A DNA stretch of 45,213 nt from Planctomycetota bacterium. Lineage in GTDB: Bacteria; Planctomycetota; SZUA-567; H5-PLA8. This document shows, piece after piece, positions 19,678 through 27,247 of this stretch; within the stretch, counting starts at the first letter, position 1, and every line of letters begins with the position of its first letter. The notes below the pieces were generated by a model, which had not been told where the DNA came from, did not search any database, and saw only the letters and a list, made by a program, of their open reading frames with translations. The translations under genes were made by a program, and so were the position numbers. The stretch is taken from positions 1 to 45,213 of the forward strand of contig JBBRPR010000066.1 of NCBI GenBank assembly GCA_038227875.1. Reading direction: 5' to 3'.

Positions 19678-19921
19678 GGTTTCGGTAATCCTGGACGGGT
19701 AGATGCGCGGGGGTGCTCAACATGCACCAATCCTCGCCATTCGGGCAAAATCGTCAACAGCAGAGAAATTCGGAATGTCCTTCCGAAAAGCCCACATTCG
19801 GAAGTGGACTGACACAGATGACCGCGTACAACATGCTCCTATCGAGCGAACATTGGAGGGGTCGGTTGCGCACGCGTGCAGCGGGTGGCGGAGTACTGTC
19901 GTTTCGGGTGGGTTTACTATC

Positions 19922-20617
19922 ATGGCAGAGCAGAAAGCGAAGTCCTATCTGTCCATTTCGGCGCATCGCGTCCTTGAAATTAGCGCCATCGTTATTGTTT
20001 TGACGGTCCTGGCCTGTTCGGGCTGGCGCCTGGGACGTGCGCTGCTCGATGGTGGCCCCATTCTATTGGTCCTCGCCGCGATGTTGCTGGGCTACATGAT
20101 GGCCGACTTTGCCTCCGGCGCCGTGCATTGGCTGGCCGACCGTTACGGCACACCGGAGACCCCGGTGCTGGGTCCGAACTTTATTCGTCCTTTCCGCGAC
20201 CACCATGTCTATCCCGATGCGCTGGCCGGGCATTCGTTCATCGAAACCAACGGCAACAACAGCATCGCTTCACTTCCGTTCATGGCACTGTTCTGGCCGC
20301 TGCTCCACGCCGAAGGCGACGACGGCTGGCCGATCATGGGCCTGGCGATGGGCTTTGCGTTTTTCAGCGGCATGTTCATCACCAACCAGATTCACAAATG
20401 GGCGCACATGAAAACCCCGCCCATCTTCGTCCGGTGGCTGCAGCGCTTCCGGCTGATCCTGTCGCCCGATCATCATCGCAAGCATCACACGCCGCCGTTC
20501 AATTCACACTACACGATCACGACTGGCTGGCTGAACGCGCCGTTGAAGACCCTGCGCATCTTCGAGATCGTCGAGTGGTTGCTGCGGCACGTGATCGGAC
20601 TGAAGGCCGGCGAGTGA
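19922..20617 (+). CDS. carF: CarF/TMEM189 (PEDS1)-family membrane lipid desaturase
   Basis: DFASGAVHWLAD, FRDHH, HSFIETNGNN, TNQIHKWAH, HHRKHH, ITTGWLN; several TM segments. Confidence 0.82.
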   Translation: MAEQKAKSYLSISAHRVLEISAIVIVLTVLACSGWRLGRALLDGGPILLVLAAMLLGYMMADFASGAVHWLADRYGTPETPVLGPNFIRPFRDHHVYPDALAGHSFIETNGNNSIASLPFMALFWPLLHAEGDDGWPIMGLAMGFAFFSGMFITNQIHKWAHMKTPPIFVRWLQRFRLILSPDHHRKHHTPPFNSHYTITTGWLNAPLKTLRIFEIVEWLLRHVIGLKAGE

Positions 20618-20621
20618 GTGC

Positions 20622-20652
20622 AATGTCGAATGAAAAATGTCGAATGTCGAAT
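20622..20652. repeat. AATGTCG heptamer repeats, left arm
   Basis: aatgtcgaatgaaaaatgtcgaatgtcgaat; inverted partner at 21003-21024. Confidence 0.7.
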
Positions 20653-20679
20653 CGCATGCGCTCGCGATACGGCGCGTGG

Positions 20680-20970
20680 CTACTTATAGCATCTCATTCT
20701 ATACTTCGATGCGTCATCGCCCAATAGCTCGACTGCTTGTCCTGATCGATCAACTGAAATTATTTTATACAGCGCAGGCCGCCGAACTCTAAATTCTTCA
20801 GCGTAGAACACCGCGACGACATGCCTTTCCCGTTCGACCGCACGTAATTCAGAGCCTAAGACGGTCGCTTTGGGATGCGCGAGCGAAAAGAATGTAATCG
20901 CCTTCTTCTTCGCGGCCCTTGCGGCCGGATAAAATATTCCGATCAATATTCCAATCGGCCGGTAAAACAT
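20680..20970 (-). CDS. Small AT-richer hypothetical protein, 96 aa
   Basis: MFYRPIGILIG...RCYK; AGGA RBS; C-terminal part of the 20680..21726 ORF. Confidence 0.55.
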   Translation of the reverse strand: MFYRPIGILIGIFYPAARAAKKKAITFFSLAHPKATVLGSELRAVERERHVVAVFYAEEFRVRRPALYKIISVDRSGQAVELLGDDASKYRMRCYK

Positions 20971-21002
20971 TTTTCCTGCTCCGCGGCGACCTATCGGCGT
21001 AG

Positions 21003-21024
21003 CGACATTCGACATTCGACATTC
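21003..21024. repeat. CGACATT heptamer x3, right inverted arm
   Basis: cgacattcgacattcgacattc. Confidence 0.7.
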
Positions 21025-21026
21025 CG

Positions 21027-22031
21027 TCACTTCCAGCTCAACGCCACTTCCGGATCCACGTTTCCGCCGCTGACGATCAGGATCACGTCGCCCGGGTCGT
21101 CGGGGTCGGAGAGGATCGCGCCGCTCTGCCATGCGGCGACGGCGACGGCGCCGGAGGGCTCGACAAGGATCTTCATTTCGCGCATCAGGTAATTCAGCGC
21201 GGAGACGACCGCGGCGTCGCTGACGGTCACGATGCCCTGGATGCATTGCTGCAGAATCGGGAAGGTCAGTTCGCCGGGAGTCGTGGACTTCAATCCGTCG
21301 CAGAGCGTTGCAGGCAGATCGATCGCCACGCGTTGTCCGGCGGCGAAGGATTGCTGCGTGTCGTTGCCGGCTTCCGGTTCGACGCCGAGAATCGTGCCGG
21401 AAAAGCCGCGTGCGCGGAGCGCCGCGGACGTTCCGGCCATCAGCCCGCCGCCACCGACAGGACAGGCCACCGCGTAGAGCTTGCGGGTCTTGGTGGGAAT
21501 CGCCATCCACTGGTCCATCACTTCCAGGCCGATCGTGCCCTGTCCGGTGATGATGCGCGCGTCGTCGTAGCTGGGCAGCACGGCGCGGCCTGAAGACTCG
21601 CCGAGCTCGTACGCTTTGGCTTTGCGCTCGTCGACGGTGTGGCCGCAGGTCACGATCTCGGCGCCGAGCTTCTCCATTGACGCGAGCTTCACCGGGTTGG
21701 CGTCTTCGGGGACGACGACCGTACATGGGTATGGTGCGCCCGTTTCTTTGATTCCCAGATCGCGCGACGCGTAGGCGACGGCGGCGCCGTGGTTGCCGGA
21801 ACTGAAGGCGATTACGCCGCGCGCGCGGGCTTCGGGCTCCAGCGAGGTGATGGCGTTGAAGGCACCGCGGACTTTGAACGAGCCGGTCTTCTGCAGGTTC
21901 TCCGGCTTCAGGAAGACGCGCCGGCCGTCGCGTTCAAGCTCTTCTGCGCGCAGCAGCGGCGTGGTGAAGATGTGGGGCTTAATGCGTTGCTGAGCTGCAC
22001 GGAGGTCGTCGCCGGTAGGCTTCCACGTCAT
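21027..22031 (-). CDS. PLP-dependent threonine/serine dehydratase (serine racemase-like), no regulatory domain
   Basis: KPENLQKTGSFKVRGA, SSGNHG, PVGGGGL, VEPSGA, SGGNVD. Confidence 0.9.
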   Translation of the reverse strand: MTWKPTGDDLRAAQQRIKPHIFTTPLLRAEELERDGRRVFLKPENLQKTGSFKVRGAFNAITSLEPEARARGVIAFSSGNHGAAVAYASRDLGIKETGAPYPCTVVVPEDANPVKLASMEKLGAEIVTCGHTVDERKAKAYELGESSGRAVLPSYDDARIITGQGTIGLEVMDQWMAIPTKTRKLYAVACPVGGGGLMAGTSAALRARGFSGTILGVEPEAGNDTQQSFAAGQRVAIDLPATLCDGLKSTTPGELTFPILQQCIQGIVTVSDAAVVSALNYLMREMKILVEPSGAVAVAAWQSGAILSDPDDPGDVILIVSGGNVDPEVALSWK

Positions 22032-22451
22032 GATAAACTCCAAATTGGCAGGGTGGGAGAACGAAGTAATGCTTCTACCACAGAGAGCCAAAGGGCATCA
22101 AGTCACACGTGCAATCTTGGAGTGAGAATACCCATTCGAGACAGCCGCGGAGTGCGGGTAGAGGGCCGAAAGCGATTCCCCGTGTATAAATTCATGAATC
22201 CATCGAATCCGGCGCGAACGGCAAGACCTTTGCTTTCTTATTTTAGTGTAGTGCAAATCCTTCCGGCGCGAGTCGGGTTGAGTCCTTCAACTTGATTCAG
22301 ACCGCATCCCCGCAAGAGTCCCCACCTCAGCGCTCGAGGGCTACCCAGCCAACGAGCGCTTCCTTTTTAACTGAACACATTCTGCACGAGGCATACGGCG
22401 GGATTTAGGCTACGGATTTCAGCCAACGCTTGACTGAAAATGGATCGCCCT

Positions 22452-23186
22452 CTATTTGCGCCCGACAAACGTCAAGCGCTTTGCTCGACTGTTGAACGCA
22501 CCGTGAGACGCCGTATCGAATCCCTGACACGCTGCAAAACCTGCAGTCTCGAAGAGGGTGACCAATTCCCGATAGGTGTACAGTCGAATCGAGACGTTCG
22601 ATTTGGAAACACCTGTGGGTTCAATGAACGTCCACTCGGCATCGATGCGGCCGGCGGCCACGTCCAACTGCCGGTCCTGGAGGATGATGGTCTGGCCTTC
22701 CTGGTGCCAGCCGCGAGCGGTAAAGACCGGCAGGAGCGTTTCCATGCAGTGGGTTTCGATCAGGAACTTCGCGCCAGGCTTCAAGGTGCGGTGGACGGCG
22801 CGCACGAAGCGTTCATTCCCGGCGTCGTCGAAGTACCCGAAGCTTCCGAAGTAGCAAAATGCACCGTCGAACGTGTCCACCCATTGCAAATCGCGCATGT
22901 CGCACTGCTCGAAGGCGATTTTCAAATTCTGTTTCTGAGCCCGCTCCCGGCCGGCGGCGATGACTTTGGCTTCAAAGTCGACGCCGACGACGTGGCAGCC
23001 CCGCAGCGCCAGTTCGCGCGCCAGGCGTCCTTCGCCGCAGGGAACATCGAGCACGCGGTCGCCGGACTTCAAGCCCAGGCACTCCGCGACCCACGTGGCT
23101 TCGACCACGTTCTCGCGCGTCAGCGCCGCTTCAATTTGCGCGTTGGCTGCGATCGGGAAATAGTGCTTCCACCACTCGGATTCCAT
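22452..23186 (-). CDS. Class I SAM-dependent methyltransferase
   Basis: VLDVPCGEGR motif I, CDMRDL, FGSFGYF, LKPG. Confidence 0.9.
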   Translation of the reverse strand: MESEWWKHYFPIAANAQIEAALTRENVVEATWVAECLGLKSGDRVLDVPCGEGRLARELALRGCHVVGVDFEAKVIAAGRERAQKQNLKIAFEQCDMRDLQWVDTFDGAFCYFGSFGYFDDAGNERFVRAVHRTLKPGAKFLIETHCMETLLPVFTARGWHQEGQTIILQDRQLDVAAGRIDAEWTFIEPTGVSKSNVSIRLYTYRELVTLFETAGFAACQGFDTASHGAFNSRAKRLTFVGRK

Positions 23187-23213
23187 AAGCCCCTCGACTC
23201 GATCGATGACCCG

Positions 23214-23323
23214 AGTGTAGTGCCCCCAGTGCCCCCCCTGATTGAAGTTCTTGCTTGGTGCCTTCGGCCGTGCTCTTCGTTGCCCCGGCGCTAAAACTTC
23301 AATCAGTGTGGGGCACTACACTA
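23214..23323. mobile_element. MITE-like element of about 110 bp with terminal inverted repeats
   Basis: AGTGTAGTGCCC...TGATTGAAGTT / AACTTCAATCA...GGGCACTACACT(AG). Confidence 0.55.
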
Positions 23324-23349
23324 GCGTCAATTGCTGCACTGGTCAAAAT

Positions 23350-23377
23350 GACCTCCGGGCCACGTGGCCCGGAGGTC
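23350..23377 (-). terminator. Perfect 28-bp palindrome; possible minus-strand terminator
   Basis: GACCTCCGGGCCAC/GTGGCCCGGAGGTC followed by ATTTT on the minus strand. Confidence 0.55.
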
Positions 23378-23435
23378 TCCCTGTAACATTTGGGGTGACT
23401 TGCACGGGTTGAGGTACCACGGTTCTTCATAGGAG

Positions 23436-23463
23436 AATGTTACAAAATGTTACAGAATGTTAC
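23436..23463. repeat. AATGTTAC x3 with 10-bp period; inverted copy at 23383-23390
   Basis: aatgttac-aa-aatgttac-ag-aatgttac. Confidence 0.7.
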
Positions 23464-23810
23464 GTATTTCCGGGGTTCGGTTATTTTCCGTACAAAAACA
23501 TTGTTGTACGAGCGGGTCCGGTTTTAGATCTCAGGCAGAACCACGAAGCCATACAGAAAGGCACTGCTGACGACGGGACCGAGACGCGGTCGGGCCGGGG
23601 TTAGGGTGACGAATTCGCATGTCAAAGATTAGGACGACATCAATAAATGACAATATACCTTACAATGGGTTTTGGCAAGAATGATTTAGGAATAATGATG
23701 AGAATTTGCGCAAGACGCTTCAGCACGACGATTGAATGCACGGAATGGATACGACTGTTCGCGAGAGCTTCGAAGTCGGATGAACGTACGGCAGGGGTGA
23801 TTCTGTCCTG

Positions 23811-23865
23811 GAGCTTCTTGTTGCTGACGCAACCCGGCCCGAGGGGCCGGGCCACCCCTCGCGGG
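23811..23865. repeat. REP-like element, copy 1
   Basis: GAGCTTCTTGTT, hairpin CCCGGCCC/GGGCCGGG, then CCACCCCTCGCGGG; related copy at 28234-28299. Confidence 0.65.
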
Positions 23866-23905
23866 TTTGGGTTCGATTTCAATGATTCATGACTCAATGA
23901 CTGTG

Positions 23906-23936
23906 GGGCGAGCGCCGATCTCCGGCGCTCGCCCCC
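23906..23936 (-). terminator. Hairpin downstream of the slipin gene
   Basis: GGGGCGAGCGCCG...CGGCGCTCGCCCC; no strong U-tract. Confidence 0.45.
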
Positions 23937-23957
23937 GATTCCCGATTCCCGCCACCG

Positions 23958-25082
23958 TTAGAGCAACTTGATGATCTGGTCGGCCAAACCCTTCTCGCCG
24001 ATCACGACCTTCAGGTTTGCCTTCGCGGTGACTTTCTCGAGTACTTCCAGTTCGCGGAGGCGCATCAGCGTCGGGTTGTTCTCGAGAATCTTGGCGGTGT
24101 TGGCCTGCATCCGCATCGCCGCCGTCTCTTCGCGGCGGACGATCAACGCAGCCTCGGCCGCCTTCTTGGCTTCGGTGACCTTGTTCATCAGGTCCTTCAT
24201 GTCGCCCGGCAGGATGATGTCGCGAATACCCAGCGACAGCACCTCAAGGCCGAATTCCGCCGCGCGCTTCTTGAGGATTCCTTCCAGGCCCGCCGCGACC
24301 GCATCCTTTTCGGCCAGCAACGCATCCAGCTCTCGGGTGCCGATAACGGCCCGGAGTGCGAGCTGCGCTTCGCGGTACAACGCCTGACGGTAATCGTCGA
24401 TCACCGTGATCGCCTTCAACGCGTCGGCGACGCGGTACGTGACAACGGCGTTCAGGCGGAGCGTGACCTTGTCGCCGGTCATGATCTCCTGACCCGAGAC
24501 GTCGGCCGTCTGCTCGCGCAGATCCACCGTGTGGATCTTGATCTTCGCCACGCCCTTCCAGAACGCGTGCGGTCCCGGACGCAGTTCAGTCTGGAACTCA
24601 CCGTCCTTGAAGTACATGCCGACCGATCCCGGCTCGACGGTGTAGACCTCGAGCAACTCCGCGCCCGTGCCCTGCGCGAGGATGTTCAGGTCGATGCGCT
24701 GGAAACGCGGCTCGCGGACGTCGAGCACTTCCGTGCGGACGGTGCGGAACGGCGTCCAGAGTGCATACAAGCCCGGCTTGAGGATCGCGTTGAAGCGGTT
24801 ATCGATCCAGACCAGCGCACGCTGCTCGTCCTTCAAATCCAGGACGAGCGCCTGATCCTGGAGCGCGCCGGACTTGACGATGACGTCGAGGTCCTTGTGC
24901 TTCAGCCACGGATCGCGCAGCGAAACGACGTCAACGCGGATCTTCTGGGACGGATCGAAGAACCAGTGGCGGCCGGCCGTGAGGATGACCTTGAATTCAT
25001 TCTCACGGAAGAGCAAACCACGCTCGTGTTCACCGATGGTGATGCGGCGCATACCGAACATCAATCCCGAGGTCATAACCAT
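23958..25082 (-). CDS. Slipin / SPFH (band 7) family protein, long form with repeated N-terminal beta domains
   Basis: GQEIMTGDKVTLRLN, QLALRAVIGTRELDALL, ANTAKILENNPTLMRLRELE. Confidence 0.9.
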   Translation of the reverse strand: MVMTSGLMFGMRRITIGEHERGLLFRENEFKVILTAGRHWFFDPSQKIRVDVVSLRDPWLKHKDLDVIVKSGALQDQALVLDLKDEQRALVWIDNRFNAILKPGLYALWTPFRTVRTEVLDVREPRFQRIDLNILAQGTGAELLEVYTVEPGSVGMYFKDGEFQTELRPGPHAFWKGVAKIKIHTVDLREQTADVSGQEIMTGDKVTLRLNAVVTYRVADALKAITVIDDYRQALYREAQLALRAVIGTRELDALLAEKDAVAAGLEGILKKRAAEFGLEVLSLGIRDIILPGDMKDLMNKVTEAKKAAEAALIVRREETAAMRMQANTAKILENNPTLMRLRELEVLEKVTAKANLKVVIGEKGLADQIIKLL

Positions 25083-25167
25083 GTTTCACCTGCGCTTTCT
25101 GCGCTACCTTGCGTTCAAAAACGCGTTCAAACCGAACGCGACAAATCAAATTCGAAAAACAGGTCTT

Positions 25168-25401
25168 CGGAGATGGAACGAGCGTGGCCACATGCGGCAA
25201 CGCGGAGCACAACTTGAGTTCCCGCCGACTCCGCCGTCCGCGCGCAGCAGTCGATGCTGGCCGAAGCCATCGACTGCTGCGCGCCTCGCGGCGTTTGGGC
25301 TGAAACTGAATCCGCGTACTGCATAGCGCCGCCGAATGCTGCCGAAGAAGAATCCATGGAGGCCTTCTTCTGTGGCCGGACACATCAGCGTTCCATCTCC
25401 G
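25168..25401 (-). ncRNA. Candidate structured ncRNA of about 234 nt
   Basis: Perfect 13-bp closing stem CGGAGATGGAACG/CGTTCCATCTCCG, inner GGCCACA/TGTGGCC stem, perfect 17-bp hairpin at 25240-25284, GAAGAA/TTCTTC hairpin; begins 9 nt after the tRNA CCA. Confidence 0.65.
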
Positions 25402-25410
25402 TTGACCCCT

Positions 25411-25485
25411 TGGTGGGAATGACGGGAGTCGAACCCGTGACAGCCAGGTTATTAGTCTGGTGCTCTACCATTGAGCTACATTTCC
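25411..25485 (-). tRNA. tRNA-like gene with anticodon AAT (nominally Ile), atypical
   Basis: GGAAATG TA GCTC AATGGTA GAGC A CCAGA CTAATAA CCTGG CTGTC ACGGG TTCGACT CCCGT CATTCCC A CCA; A3:C70 and A31:C39 mismatches. Confidence 0.88.
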
Positions 25486-25516
25486 GGAATGCGAAGCTCC
25501 GTCGTCAGAACCCGTT

Positions 25517-25600
25517 CACGGAACACGCGCTGCCAACTACGGTGAGTAGGGCATGGCGAGCCGCCGGCTTGGAGTACTTCGCACCGCTTGGTGTTCCGCG
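25517..25600 (-). ncRNA. Candidate small structured RNA of about 84 nt
   Basis: Closing stem CGCGGAACAC/GTGTTCCGTG with a G-U pair on the minus strand; internal hairpin TGCCCTAC...GTAGTTGGCA. Confidence 0.45.
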
Positions 25601-25633
25601 CAAATTTCAGCGCGGAACGAATCGATTAACGGA

Positions 25634-25779
25634 GTCATTGGTCATTGGGCATTGGTCATCGGTCATTTTTCATTTACGAGGGGCGTTGTGTCGGATCGAT
25701 TGGCCCGTCTTCCGCTCTCCGTAAATGACCGATGAAAAATGACCAATGACCAATGACCAATGACCAATGCCCAATGACT
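25634..25779. repeat. Inverted arrays of TGGTCAT/ATGACCA heptamers forming a long hairpin
   Basis: gtcattggtcattgggcattggtcatcggtcatt ... aatgaccaatgaccaatgaccaatgaccaatgcccaatgac. Confidence 0.8.
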
Positions 25780-25787
25780 CTGTTTCT

Positions 25788-26333
25788 TCACTTTCGCAGC
25801 GCGTCCCATTCCGTGCGCAGCATGCCCATCGCGTAGGCGTCCCAGTATCGCCCCTCGCGGTAGACTTCCTGGCGCAGGACGCCTTCGCGTTTGAATCCGA
25901 CCTTCTCGTACGTGCGGACGGCGCGCGGGTTGTACTCGTAGACGCGCAGGCTGATGCGGTTGAGGTTCAGCGTCTGGAAGCCGTAGTCCACGATCAGCCG
26001 CGTGGCTTCCGTGCCGTAGCCCTTGTTCCACTCGTCCTTGGCACCGATGCTGATGCCGAACAGCGCGTGCCGGTCTTTCGGGGCGCGGAGATGCAAGTCC
26101 GTCGCACCGATCAGCCGGTCGTTCTCCCTCAGCGCAATGCCGAGACAGATTTCGTTCTCGTTGGTGCCCGGCGTGGCGATGAACTTTTCGACGCTCTCCA
26201 GCCCCAGCGGGCGATAGACCATCAGCGTGCGATTGACATCCGGATCGTTGATGTACGCCTTGAGCACCGGCGCGTCCTCGCGCTCGAGGACCCTTAAGTA
26301 AACTTTCTCACCGATCAAAAATGGCGTCTTCAT
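25788..26333 (-). CDS. GNAT acetyltransferase, RimJ/RimL type
   Basis: EWNKGYGTEA, LNLNRISLRVYEYNPRAVRTYEKVGFKREG; ATG after GAGGAG. Confidence 0.9.
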   Translation of the reverse strand: MKTPFLIGEKVYLRVLEREDAPVLKAYINDPDVNRTLMVYRPLGLESVEKFIATPGTNENEICLGIALRENDRLIGATDLHLRAPKDRHALFGISIGAKDEWNKGYGTEATRLIVDYGFQTLNLNRISLRVYEYNPRAVRTYEKVGFKREGVLRQEVYREGRYWDAYAMGMLRTEWDALRK

Positions 26334-26358
26334 GCGCTCCCGCTCCTCGTGGGGTGTC

Positions 26359-26398
26359 AAAAAAAAAACCTTCCGGGGCTTTGCGGCACCCGGAAGGT
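26359..26398 (-). terminator. Intrinsic terminator of an attenuator in the GNAT leader
   Basis: ACCTTCCGGG-tgccgcaaagc-CCCGGAAGGT followed by a T run, 25 nt before the GNAT start. Confidence 0.85.
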
Positions 26399-26430
26399 CA
26401 TGGACTGCTGAGTTACAGTGCCAAGCTCTT

Positions 26431-26556
26431 CTAGGGTGCCGCCTTTCCGGCCTGATCGCCGGTACCGTTGACGTCTGCGTCATTCGACAACATCGCCGCT
26501 CCGGTTTGCACCGGGATGGGGGACAGCGATTCGAGGTTGTGTTTCCAATGACTCAC
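26431..26556 (-). CDS. Putative leader peptide, 41 aa: MSHWKHNLESLSPIPVQTGAAMLSNDADVNGTGDQAGKAAP
   Basis: AAGGAG then GTG (12-nt spacing; internal ATG alternative); last codons GCGGCACCC are complementary to GGGTGCCGC in the terminator. Confidence 0.6.
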   Translation of the reverse strand: MSHWKHNLESLSPIPVQTGAAMLSNDADVNGTGDQAGKAAP

Positions 26557-26580
26557 GTAAAGGCAAAGCTCCTTTGGTAG

Positions 26581-26612
26581 GACAACTAACCCTGTTGCGG
26601 GTGGGTTGTCAA
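26581..26612 (-). promoter_or_regulatory. Sigma70-like promoter overlapped by an inverted repeat
   Basis: TTGACA (26612-26607), 17 nt, TTAGTT; GACAAC..ACCC/GGGT..GTTGTC dyad. Confidence 0.55.
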
Positions 26613-26640
26613 GAAGGTGGGAGGGAAAAGTGAAAATAGA

Positions 26641-27111
26641 TCATTCCAATATTACGTGCGACGTTGGATTCTTTGCATCGACGAGTAATTGAATAGAAGG
26701 CGAGTGCACGTAATTTTCCGCCTTGGTTGCGGCTACCGAGGTGCGGCTTTCGTAATAGTTGCGATCTACGTTGTAGGTGTACGAAATATTCTTCATTCCT
26801 CGGTATTGAAATCCGCTGACGGATTGGACCCGTCCTGTCACAATCATGCCGCGGCTGTCGAGGTTGCGGGCCTTTAGAAACGAGAACAGCGCCGTCATTC
26901 CACCGATGACGAAAAACATTCCACCCAGAATTAGCGACATGTCGCGGCCTTCGGTATACAGCCTGCCTTCCAGCACTTTCGAGGGTTCGAAAATCACGGC
27001 ACCCGTGATCAGAAAATAGAGCAACTGCGCCGGGCCGATGATGGCGAACACCATTCCGAAACGGAACGGCACGCTGGTAAAGAGCAGTTTTTGCAGGGAC
27101 GGGCGACTCAT
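26641..27111 (-). CDS. Membrane protein with two TM helices and a C-terminal beta domain (DUF3592-like)
   Basis: Two hydrophobic segments, then GMIVTGRV...ISYTYNV; start uncertain. Confidence 0.6.
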   Translation of the reverse strand: MSRPSLQKLLFTSVPFRFGMVFAIIGPAQLLYFLITGAVIFEPSKVLEGRLYTEGRDMSLILGGMFFVIGGMTALFSFLKARNLDSRGMIVTGRVQSVSGFQYRGMKNISYTYNVDRNYYESRTSVAATKAENYVHSPSIQLLVDAKNPTSHVILE

Positions 27112-27247
27112 GGGTTGATTAAACTCCGTGCATAATATTAAAGCGGAGTTGATATCTGAAGGGTTCAACGCGTGCAAGCTTCGGAAGGGTATGGACTCGT
27201 CTACCGATGCGCGGGTATCGAATTTTTGGCGATTAAGCATTGCCGCA

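Noticed and set aside
23640..23897. Short ORFs on both strands
   Set aside because: Overlap a REP-like repeat and a promoter-like tract; no motifs
25030..25724. Short ORFs across the tRNA/ncRNA region
   Set aside because: Overlap a clear tRNA and long stems; no protein motifs
25634..25779. CRISPR array
   Set aside because: 7-bp tandem units without spacers; no cas genes in the window
26334..26483. N-terminal extension of the GNAT in the ORF track
   Set aside because: Runs through a terminator; a good RBS precedes the ATG at 26333
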